Assembly: GCA_963804165.1 (NCBI GenBank)
Contig: CAWDPO010000045.1
Location: forward strand, 224,001-288,000
From: an uncultured delta proteobacterium
Lineage (GTDB): Bacteria; Desulfobacterota; Binatia; UBA9968
Reading direction: 5' to 3'
DNA length: 64,000 nt
In this document: one piece after another, positions 10,743 through 23,469 of the stretch
Layout of the letters: each line of letters opens with the position of its first letter
Numbering within the stretch: position 1 is the first letter of the stretch
Notes under the pieces: generated by a model
What the model was told of the DNA's origin: nothing
Seen by the model: the letters and a program-made list of their open reading frames with translations, nothing else
Databases searched by the model: none
Position numbers and translations under genes: made by a program

Positions 10743-12153
10743 ATGGCGACGACACCTGAACAGATCGACCTATGGAGGCAATCTCCTTCCGAGCATCAGC
10801 GCCTCGAATTTAAAGAAGCGAAGACGCAATTCGACAATCGCAACCTTTATGAATACTGCGTAGCTATCGCGAACGAAGGGGGAGGCTTTCTGCTACTTGG
10901 TATCGCCGCCAAGCTCCCGCGTCCGGTTGTGGGTACGAAAGCATTTAGGAACCCCGTAGCCATGGCTGAGAAGCTTTTCCAGGCGGTGGGATTTCGCGTC
11001 GACATTGAGGAAGTGACACATCCCGACGGGCGCATAGTGGTGTTTCATATCCCCTCGCGACCACGAGGTACTGCTTACCACTTCGATGGAAAGTACTTGA
11101 TGCGAGCTGGCGAGGCGTTGGTGCCAATGAGCGAAGACCAGCTCCGGCGGATTTTTGCCGAGGGTCAACCGGACTGGTTAGAGGAACATTCGAAAACCGA
11201 TTTAGACCCCGAGCAAATCGTAGAACTTCTCGATACGCAAACGTTTTTCGAGCTACTCAAGCGTCCATACCCCACAGAACAGTCCGGCGTCATTGACCGG
11301 CTGCTGCAGGATCGCCTGATTGATGAGGTTGAGGGGGGATACGGTATCCGTAGGCTCGGCGCCGTTCTGTTGGCGAAGCGGTTGGCTGATTTCTCTGATC
11401 TGGCGCGTAAGGTTCCGCGCGTGATTGTATATAGCGGCGCGTCGAAATTGGAGACCCGTCTCGATCAGACCGGAGCCCGAGGCTATGCGGTCGGTTTTCA
11501 GTGGCTGGTGCGGTTTGTCATGAACCAGTTACCCCAAAACGAGGTCATTGAGAACGCGCTGCGAAAAGAGGTGAAGCTGGTTCCGGAGATCGTGATCCGT
11601 GAATTGGTTGCCAATGCCTTGATCCACCAGGATTTCGCGATAGGCGGTTCTTCTGTGATGGTTGAGATTTATAGCAACCGTGTCGAGATTTCGAATCCTG
11701 GTGAGCCAGTCGTGCCAGTTGAACGATTTATAGACGGTTATCAGTCCCGTAACGAGCGGCTTGCGGATTTAATGCGCCGGCTACACATATGCGAGGAGAA
11801 AAGCAGCGGGATCGACAAAGTCATTTATACGGTGGAAGCTTATCAACTTCCCGCACCGGATTTTCGTGCGGGCGCATCGTCGCACCCTTGTGATTATTTA
11901 TGGACCGAAAGATTTCGAGGATATGGATCGAGATGACCGAATTCGGGCTTGTTACCAGCATGGTGCGCTCAAGTGGGTCATGTCCGAAAGAATGACCAAT
12001 CAGTCGTTGAGAGAGCGGTTCCGGTTGCCAGAGGCGAAGAGTGCTATTGCCTCACAGATAATTGCCGCGACTATGGAGGCTGGTCTTATAAAGCCGGATG
12101 AAAAGGTCGGGACGTCTCGCAAATTCGCCCGTTATCTTCCGTTTTGGGCGTGA
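10743..12153 (+). CDS. AlbA_2 (Schlafen-like) plus HATPase_c_4 plus wHTH protein, frameshift near 11870
   Basis: SEHQRLEFKEAK, AIANEGGG.LLLGI, IRELVANALIHQD, EISNPG, SRNERLA; C-terminus continues in ORF 11866-12153. Confidence 0.85.
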
Positions 12154-12277
12154 TCTTATTTAAGGCTAATCATAACCGCGACGGCCATTCAGGTATTAAG
12201 TGCCCAAAAAGTAACGGCTTTTTTATTTAAGCGTTTGCCTTAGGACCTGTCGGCGCTGAGAAGCAGATCGATAAAAT

Positions 12278-15433
<3,156 letters not shown>

Positions 15434-15539
15434 TCTTTCAGTCGGACTCGATTCAACCCGCTGTCAAATCTCCTTGACGCCCCTCTCTCTCATCCGCCCT
15501 ATCTTAGCGCAGCTTACGAACAACCGACTGTGACCGTTC

Positions 15540-15710
15540 ATGGCGATTCTAACCTTGCACAACGTCAGCAAATTCTTCGGCGACGCCGATAACGGGTCGG
15601 AACAGGTCGTGGCGATCAATGATGTTTCGTTTGATGTCAGCGCGGGGGAATTTTTTTCGATCATCGGGCCTTCGGGTTGCGGCAAATCGACGCTGCTGCG
15701 AATCACCTGA
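15540..15710 (+). pseudogene. Duplicated 5' fragment (56 codons) of the ABC ATPase gene, with its promoter region
   Basis: [56 protein letters not shown]; 52 of 56 aa identical to the start of the 15958 gene. Confidence 0.9.
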
Positions 15711-15760
15711 CGCATTGTGCTGGAAATTCTCGGATGCCCTTCAACGCGATCAACGGCAAT

Positions 15761-15836
15761 AAATGTCGGCACTTAGCTGTAACTGCCGACATTTGGTGCA
15801 TTCGCGATGTCGGGAGTTGTGCACAATCCCGGACAT
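15761..15836. promoter_or_regulatory. Two adjacent related inverted repeats (operator- or recombination-site-like)
   Basis: aaatgtcggca-N12-tgccgacattt (15761-15794) and atgtcggga-gttgtgcacaa-tcccggacat (15807-15836). Confidence 0.5.
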
Positions 15837-15957
15837 TTTGTATCTTTTAGACGCGGGCGGGTTCACCGAAACCACATGCTATCATTCTCCCTTGACGCCC
15901 CTTGTGATTGCGCCTATTTGTAGAGCGCGATTTATCGCGCCCTGGTGAGACGAATCA

Positions 15958-16758
15958 ATGGCGATCTTGACCCTGCGCAACGTCAGCAAATTCTTCGGCG
16001 ACGCCGACAACGGCTCGGAGCAAGTTGTGGCGATCACTGATGTCTCACTCGACGTGAGCGCAGGGGAATTTTTTTCGATCATCGGCCCTTCGGGTTGCGG
16101 CAAATCGACGCTGCTGAGAATCATCGGCGGCTTGCTTGCCGCATCGAGCGGGGAATTGACCGTCGGCTCCGAGAAGGTCAATGGCCCGCATCCGTGGCTC
16201 GGCATGGTCTTTCAGGAGGAATCCACTTTCCCCTGGCGCACGACGCTGGGAAACGTCGAGTTCGGGCTCGAGATGCGCGGCATGTCGCAAGAGGAGCGCA
16301 GGCAAAAATCCCGCGAGATGATTCGTCTGGTCGGTTTATCAGGGTTCGAGGAGCGCTATCCGTCGGAGCTTTCCGGCGGCATGAAGCAGCGCGTCGCCAT
16401 CGCCCGCGCGCTGGTGCTCGAACCGAAGATTTTGTTGATGGACGAACCCTTCGGCGCTTTGGACGAGCAGACCCGGATCATTCTCGGTGAAGAGTTGTTG
16501 CGCATTCGCGATCAGCTCAAGCAGACGATCATTTTGGTCACGCATAATATCAATGAATCGGTGCAACTCTCCGACCGCGTGATGATCATGACTGCGCGGC
16601 CGGGCCGGGTGAAGGAAGTCGTGCCGATTGACTTGCCCCATCCGCGCGACTCGACGATCATCGCCTCGGACCGATTCGGCAAGCTCGTCGGCCAGGTATG
16701 GGGCGCGCTCAGAGAAGAATCGATCAAAAGCTTCAAACAATCGGAACAGAGAACTTAA
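15958..16758 (+). CDS. NitT/TauT-family ABC transporter ATP-binding protein
   Basis: Walker [10 protein letters not shown], signature LSGGMKQR, Walker B LLMDEPFGALD, VTH switch. Confidence 0.95.
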   Translation: MAILTLRNVSKFFGDADNGSEQVVAITDVSLDVSAGEFFSIIGPSGCGKSTLLRIIGGLLAASSGELTVGSEKVNGPHPWLGMVFQEESTFPWRTTLGNVEFGLEMRGMSQEERRQKSREMIRLVGLSGFEERYPSELSGGMKQRVAIARALVLEPKILLMDEPFGALDEQTRIILGEELLRIRDQLKQTIILVTHNINESVQLSDRVMIMTARPGRVKEVVPIDLPHPRDSTIIASDRFGKLVGQVWGALREESIKSFKQSEQRT

Positions 16759-16770
16759 GGAGGGCCGTCA

Positions 16771-17778
16771 ATGAAAACCCCAACCGGGAATCTGCGACAA
16801 AAAGTTTTATTGGGCCTATTTGTCATATTGGGCCTATTCGCCTTCGCTTCGTCCACTTGGGCCGCCGCCGCGCGCACGAAGATCATCGTCGTTGTGCCGC
16901 ACCGTATTTTGTTTACCGTCGCCTTGCCGGTGTACGTCGCCCACGAAAAGGGGTTTTATCGAGAGAATAATATCGACGTCGACGCCGTCTTCACCCGCGG
17001 CGGCGGCGAGAACGTGCAAGCGGTGGTTTCCGGCGATGCACAGATCGGCCTGGGCACCGGCACGCTGGCAGTGATCAGCGCGTTCGTGAAAAAAGCGCCG
17101 ATCAAAATCGCCGCCGCCGAGATCACCGGCATGGACGCGTTTTGGTACGTGCAGAGCAATACGCCGATACGTAAGATCGAAGACCTCGCCGGCAAGAAAG
17201 TCGCCTACAGCCGGCCGGGTTCTTCGAGCCACATGGCAGTAATGGCCATCGCCGATCAGATCAAGGCCAAGGGATTGAAACCCGCCGAGCCGGTTTCACT
17301 AGGCGGCATCCCCGAGGTATACACTGCGGTTCGCGTCGGGCAGGCCGACTCGGGATGGTCGGTGGCGCCGTTTCAGCTAGATCGCGTGGAAAAAGGTGAA
17401 TTGCGCGTGGTCGTGAAAGGCGACGAGATTGCGGCGATGAAAGAGATCACTCCGCGGGTGCATTTCATCAACAACGACTTCGCCGCCAAGAATCCCGACG
17501 CCGTGCGCGGCTTTTTCCGCGCGCAACAGCGCGCTCTCGACTACATGTTCGAGCACAAAGAGGAGACCGCAAAAATATGGATTCGCCGGGCTGAAATGAA
17601 ATACCCGGAGGCCGCCGTGCTCAAGACCTGGGACTACTACAATAGAGCGGCGATGACTCTCAAACCGATCCGCGGCCTGCAGGCAACCATCGAAGACGGC
17701 ATCAGGAACAAGTTTTTGACCCAGCCGCTCACTCAAGCGGAGATCAATAGCTTGATCGATCTGAGCTTTTTGCCCTGA
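16771..17778 (+). CDS. NitT/TauT-family ABC substrate-binding protein
   Basis: Signal peptide; KGFY...IDV, DLAGKKVAYSRPGSSSH; in operon with the ATPase and permeases. Confidence 0.92.
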   Translation: MKTPTGNLRQKVLLGLFVILGLFAFASSTWAAAARTKIIVVVPHRILFTVALPVYVAHEKGFYRENNIDVDAVFTRGGGENVQAVVSGDAQIGLGTGTLAVISAFVKKAPIKIAAAEITGMDAFWYVQSNTPIRKIEDLAGKKVAYSRPGSSSHMAVMAIADQIKAKGLKPAEPVSLGGIPEVYTAVRVGQADSGWSVAPFQLDRVEKGELRVVVKGDEIAAMKEITPRVHFINNDFAAKNPDAVRGFFRAQQRALDYMFEHKEETAKIWIRRAEMKYPEAAVLKTWDYYNRAAMTLKPIRGLQATIEDGIRNKFLTQPLTQAEINSLIDLSFLP

Positions 17779-17792
17779 TTGAAATCCACGGT

Positions 17793-17828
17793 TTGAGCGA
17801 CTTGAACGTTTTGAACAGCTTGAACGGA
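17793..17828. repeat. 9-bp tandem repeat (ttgaacgNN)x4
   Basis: ttgagcgac ttgaacgtt ttgaacagc ttgaacgga; same family at 42265 and 62090. Confidence 0.75.
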
Positions 17829-18582
17829 GTTTCTTACGTCTGAAGCTAAGCGACTCACCGCCTGGCGCCTAGGCATTATTGTTGGCGTCCTCGCGATCGT
17901 CGAAACCTCGGTGCGCGTGGGTTGGATCAGCACTTTCTTTCTCGCCGCACCGACGCGGGCCGCGGTTGTGCTGTTTGAGCAAATCATCCACGGCAACGCG
18001 CTTCTGTTAACCGGAATCACCCTGTTCGAAATCGCCGCCTGTCTGGTCATCGCCACCGTTTTCGGCGTGCTTGCCGGGTTTCTCCTCTGGCGCTACAAGC
18101 TGATCGGCCACAGCTACGAGATGTTTTTGGCGGCGTTATTTTCTTCGCCGGTGATTCTTGCCTATCCGATCTTTCTCGTCACGTTCGGCCGCAGCAGCGC
18201 CGCGGTGATCGCGCTCTCGTCGATTTTTGGCTTGATCCCGATCATCATGAACACCAAGGGCGCGTTTCAAAACGTCAACCCGATTTTGCTCCAGGTCGGC
18301 GCCAGCATGAAGCTGACCCGCAAGCAGATGTTCCGGCATATTCTTATTCCCGCCGTGGCGCCGACGATCTTCAGCGGCTTTCGTCTCGCGTTAACGTACA
18401 TCTTAAAATCCGTCCTCGGGCTGGAATACGTCGCCCAGGTCGGCGGCGTCGGCATGTGGTTGTCCGACGCGGCGTTCAAGTTCGAAGTGGAAGAAGTTTA
18501 TGCCGGCTTGTTCGGCACGATTCTGTTGTCGATTCTGTTTCTTTACCTGATCAACCGGAGCGAAATCTTCGTGCGCAAATAG
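17824..18582 (+). CDS. NitT/TauT-family ABC permease (start uncertain)
   Basis: Hydrophobic helices; EAA-like loop LLQVGASMKLTRKQMFRHILIP; frame is open from 17824 and the first GTG is at 17911. Confidence 0.85.
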   Translation, partial: TEFLTSEAKRLTAWRLGIIVGVLAIVETSVRVGWISTFFLAAPTRAAVVLFEQIIHGNALLLTGITLFEIAACLVIATVFGVLAGFLLWRYKLIGHSYEMFLAALFSSPVILAYPIFLVTFGRSSAAVIALSSIFGLIPIIMNTKGAFQNVNPILLQVGASMKLTRKQMFRHILIPAVAPTIFSGFRLALTYILKSVLGLEYVAQVGGVGMWLSDAAFKFEVEEVYAGLFGTILLSILFLYLINRSEIFVRK

Positions 18583-18584
18583 CC

Positions 18585-19400
18585 ATGGAACGAACCGAGC
18601 GAAAGTCCGCCGCGTTCGCGGCGCATATTCAGACGCCGTTGGGCGTGCAAGCTCTGACTCTTCTTGTGGTCGTCCTGGTGTGGGAATTTATCGGCCGGAC
18701 GGGCGTGTTGTTTCCCGAGCTCTTTCCATCCGTCCTGGAGATCTTGCAATCGCTTTGGACCTACGTCACCACGCCTTTGATGATTCCGCACATCAAAGCG
18801 AGCCTTTACGAAGTCGGCGGCGCCATTGGCATCGCAATTATCTGCGGCGTGCCCCTGGGGATTCTTTGGGGCAGCCGACAGAGCTGGCTGGAGATCGTTG
18901 AGCCGCTCATTCTTTATGCAGCCGTGGTGCCCAAGATCGTCATCTTTCCGATATTTATTTTATTCCTGGGTATCGACGTCCATTCCAAGCTCGCGGTCGG
19001 CGCCATCGCGGCGTTTTTCCCGATCTCGCTGTTGACCATAGCCGGCATGAGAGAAGTGAAAAGAGTATACGTCGACGTCGCCCGCACGGTCGGCGCCACT
19101 CCGTTGCAAATCGCCACCCGCGTCTACCTGCCGGCGATCGCCGGCCAGGTGTTCACCGGCATCAGAATCGGCATGGGCGCGGCGGTGACCGGCGCACTGC
19201 TCGCGGAAACAAAGATCGCCAAGGCCGGCTTGGGTTTCATGATCGTCGAATATTACGGCCAGTTTCGCATCGCCGACATGTATTCGCTGTTGCTGTTCAT
19301 TTTTATATTGGCCGCCCTGACCAATTGGGCGATGAAATTATTATTTTCCCGCCTGTCGCCGCTCGGCCGCGCCAATCAAGACGCCGGCATGTATATTTGA
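18585..19400 (+). CDS. NitT/TauT-family ABC permease
   Basis: VPKIVIFPIF, DVARTVGATPLQIATRVYLP, AGLGFMI. Confidence 0.92.
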   Translation: MERTERKSAAFAAHIQTPLGVQALTLLVVVLVWEFIGRTGVLFPELFPSVLEILQSLWTYVTTPLMIPHIKASLYEVGGAIGIAIICGVPLGILWGSRQSWLEIVEPLILYAAVVPKIVIFPIFILFLGIDVHSKLAVGAIAAFFPISLLTIAGMREVKRVYVDVARTVGATPLQIATRVYLPAIAGQVFTGIRIGMGAAVTGALLAETKIAKAGLGFMIVEYYGQFRIADMYSLLLFIFILAALTNWAMKLLFSRLSPLGRANQDAGMYI

Positions 19401-19415
19401 GGGTACGAAATCTCC

Positions 19416-20186
19416 ATGAAAAAACTTCTGATTTTAATCCGACAAAGACTCGGCGCCGCACAGATAGTGCGGCGCGTATACCGCTATCTGCCTTCCGGCA
19501 AGCGTTGCAAAGAATGCCTCGTGCCGTTTTTGGGAATCTGCTCGCTGCCCTTCCGTCTGCTGCAGATCCGGCCGTCAAGAAAGAATCCCAATCTCTGCAC
19601 GCTGTGATACGAGCTCGCTCCTCCGGGCGGGGAGACGCTTGTCATTTCGGTTTTATTCGTCGACGTCCGCGGTTTTACCTCGCTCGCCGAACAGCTTCAG
19701 CCCGGAGATGTGGCCACTCAGCTGAACCGCTTCTACGATGTCGCCTCGAAGGCGATCTTTTTGCACGACGGCACCTTGGACAAGCTCGTCGGCGATCAGG
19801 TCATGGCGTTTTTCGGCGCGCCGGTGCAGCGCGCGGATCATCCCCGGCGCGCGCTTCAAGCAGCTTGGGAAATTTTAAATAGCGTGATGTCAACGAAAGG
19901 CGATGGTCTGCGCGTGGGCGCCGGCATCAGCACCGGCGAAGCGTTCGTCGGCAATGTCGGCAGCGGAGCGATGACCGATTACACCGTTCTCGGCGACACC
20001 GTCAACGTCGCCGCGCGCCTCCAGGGCGAGGCAGCTCCGGGAGAGATTCTTGTTTCTCAAGAAACCTATAGCCATGTGGCCTCGGATTATCCCAATGCGA
20101 TCCGCCGGGAATTGTTACTTAAGGGCAAGAGCGAACCGGTCGTCGCCTGGCAAATAGATATAAAAACTTCGACGACGCGTCGCTGA
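19416..20186 (+). CDS. Class III adenylate cyclase with N-terminal CxxC...CxxU domain; in-frame TGA at 19605-19607 (putative selenocysteine)
   Basis: ORFs 19416-19607 and 19710-20186 share one frame. Readthrough gives RCKEC...NPNLCTL(U)YELAPPGGE..LFVDVRGFT..DKLVGDQVMAFFG..DYTVLGDTVNVAARLQ, 256 aa. Confidence 0.85.
19618..19634 (+). other. Candidate bacterial SECIS upper stem-loop
   Basis: ctcc-t-cc-[gggc]-gg-ggag, 17 nt, after a 10-nt spacer following the TGA; lower pairing acgagc/gcttgt. Confidence 0.5.
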
Positions 20187-20303
20187 TCAGGCTTCCCAAG
20201 AAATGTGCGCAGCGACTGGTTGAAACAAAGTTTCGAAAATCTCTCCGGCGTGCATACATTTTCAGAAATCGCAAAATTCACGGGCGGGGCCCCGTGATTG
20301 ATC

Positions 20304-20328
20304 GTAATTGCAAATACATTGCAACTAC
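20304..20328. promoter_or_regulatory. Candidate operator palindrome upstream of the amidohydrolase-LLM pair
   Basis: gtaattgcaa-ataca-ttgcaactac, 9 of 10 positions inverted match in an AT-rich intergenic patch. Confidence 0.4.
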
Positions 20329-20462
20329 AAAACTAATGTCAATAGTGGCTCCTGGGCCCTTTGCTGCGTTGCTATCGCCGGCTCTCGCCGCCGCTCGATT
20401 GACAGCGGCGCACCAACTCCACTAGTGTGAGGTTAATTTTTCATGACGAGGGAGATAATTTT

Positions 20463-21566
20463 ATGGAAACGCCGATCGCCGCCCGGATCATCGACGCCGA
20501 TGCCCATGTCGTCGAGTGCGCCCATACTTGGGATTTCATGGATCCTTCGGAACGGCAGTATCGGCCGATTCCGCTGGAGACCCGTGAAGAAGCGGGAGTC
20601 AAACTTCAGTTCTGGCTGATCGACGGCAAAGTCAGGGGATTTCGCTTTCCCGCGTTTTCCGCCGAAGAGTTAGCCAAGCTGGCGCAAAAAGTTGGCCGCA
20701 AGTTCGCCGACGCGCAGGAAGCCCGCGAGCTCGGCAACGTTGAGCTCCGTTTGCGCCACATGGATGAAACCGGCGTCGACGTCCAGGTGCTGCACAACAC
20801 CGTGTTCATCGAGTCGGCAACCGATCGCGCCGGCGTTGAGGTCGCTTTATACAAAAGCTGGAACCGCTGGTTGGCCGACATTTGGCAACAGAGCGACGGA
20901 CGGTTGCGCTGGTCGTGCATGGCACCGACGCTCAGTATGCCCGATGCTCTCGATCAGATTCGCTGGTCGAACGAGCATGGCGCGTGCGCGGTCATGCTGC
21001 GTCCCATCGAAGGACAGCGGTTGCTCGCCGACCCGTATTTTTATCCGATTTACGACGAAGCGCAGAAGCTCGATCTGCCGATTGCGATTCACATCGCCAA
21101 CGGCAACGCCTGGCTTACCGACTTGTATAGCCACCCGGTGCGCATCGCGTCGACCTTTCACCGCTTTAGAATTCCCACGGTGGGATCATTCAACGATATC
21201 ATTATGAGTGAGATTCACGAGGTGTTTCCGAGGCTGCGTTTCGGTTTTATCGAGGCCAGCGCCCAATGGCTGCCTTGGGTAATGCACGAAGCGCGCAATC
21301 GCTTTAGAACCCTTGGCAGAAAATGGCCTGAGAACGGTGTGCGTGAGTTGGGCATGTACGTCACCTGTGAAAATTCCGACGACATTCCCTACATCGTCCG
21401 CGAAGCCGGTGAAGACTGCCTCGTAATCGGCACCGATTACGGTCACACCGACACTTCAAGCGACGTCGACGCGATCAAAGTGTTCAGAAATCGCAGCGAT
21501 CTTTCGCCCGGCGTCAAGCAAAAGATTTTGAGCGACAACGCGCGTGCGCTTTACGCTCTGTCATAA
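20463..21566 (+). CDS. Amidohydrolase-2 family protein
   Basis: IIDADAHVVE, LPIAIH, GFIEASAQWLP, GTDYGHTD, ILSDNARALY. Confidence 0.9.
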   Translation: METPIAARIIDADAHVVECAHTWDFMDPSERQYRPIPLETREEAGVKLQFWLIDGKVRGFRFPAFSAEELAKLAQKVGRKFADAQEARELGNVELRLRHMDETGVDVQVLHNTVFIESATDRAGVEVALYKSWNRWLADIWQQSDGRLRWSCMAPTLSMPDALDQIRWSNEHGACAVMLRPIEGQRLLADPYFYPIYDEAQKLDLPIAIHIANGNAWLTDLYSHPVRIASTFHRFRIPTVGSFNDIIMSEIHEVFPRLRFGFIEASAQWLPWVMHEARNRFRTLGRKWPENGVRELGMYVTCENSDDIPYIVREAGEDCLVIGTDYGHTDTSSDVDAIKVFRNRSDLSPGVKQKILSDNARALYALS

Positions 21567-21645
21567 GTTCAAGGTTCCGGGTTCAACGTAGAGAATTGGA
21601 ATTCGGCGTTGAACTTTGAAATTTAACGTTGAACTGTCCAATCGC

Positions 21646-22659
21646 ATGCGATTTTACATCAACATCCTGGCGACCTACTTTCCGGATATCGATCCACCCT
21701 ACAACGTCTACTACGAGCAAATTCTTGAACAGGTGGCGCTTGCTGAAGAGCTGGGCTGGGAATGCTTCATGTTCAACGAGCACCATTTTCTCGGCTACGG
21801 CGGGCCGATAGCTAACCCTGCGGTGCTGCTTGCCGCGGCCGCGGCGCGGACGTCGAAAATTCATCTCGGCCCGTGTATCGCAATCCTGCCGCTACGCCAT
21901 CCGCTTCATAGCGCCGAGGACTACGCCATGGTCGACGCCATCTCCGGTGGACGGTTAGAGTTTGGCATTGGCTCGGGCAACACTGAGATGGACTACAAGG
22001 TGTTCGGCGTCACGAGGGAAGATGACCGCCACCGTCTTCGGGAGGCGATCGATGTCATCCTCAAGACTTGGGGCAACGCGCGGGTCGGCCACAAAGGCGA
22101 GTTCTGGCAATTCGATGAACTGTCACTCTACCCGCGGCCCGTGCAGCAGCCCCATCCGCCGATCTGGGTGGCCGGCACGTCTGCCGAAGGTCTAGGATGG
22201 GCGGGACGCCAAGGCTATCACATCATGACCGTCGGCCATCCGCACCCGCCTGAAAAAGTTCGACCGGGGGTCGAAGCTTGGCGGCAAGGTTTGATCCAAG
22301 CGGGCTACAAGCCCGAAGAAAAACATTGTCAATTTCACGCCCGCACCTACGTCAACACCAACGCCGAGCGCGCTCGTGAGACCGCGTGCGCCGCCATCAC
22401 TCGATATGACGAGATCTCACGGATCGGACGGCGATCCCTTACGGCGCCACCGGCGGAATATAACTGGGACATGATGCTCGCCACCGGCCGCAACAATTAC
22501 GGCACTCCTGACCAGTGCATCAAGAACATTCGTAACGCCATGAACAATTACTACTTCGACACGCTGACGACGACGTTTAATTTCGGCGGCATCCCCCATG
22601 CCGAGATTCTGCAATCCATGCGTCTTTTCGCCAAAGAAGTCATGCCGGCGTTCCGCTAG
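21646..22659 (+). CDS. LLM-class (luciferase-like) flavin-dependent oxidoreductase
   Basis: NEHHF, AARTSKIHLG, DAISGGRLEFGIG, PRPVQQPHPPIWVAG, RLFAKEVMP. Confidence 0.92.
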   Translation: MRFYINILATYFPDIDPPYNVYYEQILEQVALAEELGWECFMFNEHHFLGYGGPIANPAVLLAAAAARTSKIHLGPCIAILPLRHPLHSAEDYAMVDAISGGRLEFGIGSGNTEMDYKVFGVTREDDRHRLREAIDVILKTWGNARVGHKGEFWQFDELSLYPRPVQQPHPPIWVAGTSAEGLGWAGRQGYHIMTVGHPHPPEKVRPGVEAWRQGLIQAGYKPEEKHCQFHARTYVNTNAERARETACAAITRYDEISRIGRRSLTAPPAEYNWDMMLATGRNNYGTPDQCIKNIRNAMNNYYFDTLTTTFNFGGIPHAEILQSMRLFAKEVMPAFR

Positions 22660-22749
22660 ACGTTTATTCGCTCGGTTCGAAAAATCCCTTGTCGCCTTCA
22701 AGGTAGCTGCGTATGCCGCTGTCTCGCTAGCTCATTCCCTTCGACCCGG

Positions 22750-23292
22750 TTAAAACGGCAGCCCTCCAAGATTGAATGTCTTTGGCGCGAATTGCATTTC
22801 GGGTTTAGGCAACAACATGGCGCATTCTGGCCAAACTACTTTTCCGGTCGGCTGGTCAATCTCAACTGGACATTCGATGACTTGCCATCGGCGCTTGGTG
22901 TAGAAGCGCACCAATTCAGGTAGGCAAAGTAGAAACCCAATTTGCGCATTCATCTCGTCGACTATGAGTCGTTCGGCTTCGCGCAACGCCATGCTCGAAA
23001 ACCCTTTCCGGTGGTGCTCTGGCGCCGTCATGACTGCACCTAGCCCACCTGCGAGAACGTCCTTGTCGTCAATGCTCACGATGCGTTCGATAATACGCAA
23101 ATGACTCACCAGCTCTTCGCCGCTGTAAACTAGAACACGAAACCGTACGCCTTCCTGGGCCACCCACGTGAACCGAGTTGTTAGCGGATGTAAACCGAAA
23201 AACTGACGAGACCAAGAACGGATTAAGTCACGCTCGCGTTGAGTTAATATTTCCGGCGCTGGAGAAACAACTTTTAGCGAAACATCTTCCAT
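22750..23292 (-). CDS. GNAT N-acetyltransferase
   Basis: LGAVMTAPEHHRKGFSS acetyl-CoA motif; RFYTKRRW. Confidence 0.8.
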   Translation of the reverse strand: MEDVSLKVVSPAPEILTQRERDLIRSWSRQFFGLHPLTTRFTWVAQEGVRFRVLVYSGEELVSHLRIIERIVSIDDKDVLAGGLGAVMTAPEHHRKGFSSMALREAERLIVDEMNAQIGFLLCLPELVRFYTKRRWQVIECPVEIDQPTGKVVWPECAMLLPKPEMQFAPKTFNLGGLPF

Positions 23293-23469
23293 AACTCGTC
23301 CCCCGCTGGCTTAGGATTCTTTCACGTGGACTGCATCGCGTATCGATATCGTGCGCCGTAATATGGCTCGACTTGCTGGTCGCTGTGATGCTTAAATCCG
23401 AACTCTTCGTACAAGGCTCTTACGGTCACGTGGCTCGCCGGGTCGAATTGTAAGAGCCACAAACGATTC

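Noticed and set aside
12155-12231. Twin ttatttaag motifs as Xer/dif sites
   Set aside because: Only a partial XerD-like arm, with no XerC arm at 6-bp spacing
19710-20186. 158-aa cyclase starting at GTG 19710 as an independent gene
   Set aside because: It would lack the first metal-binding Asp (FVDVRGFT), which is encoded upstream in the same frame
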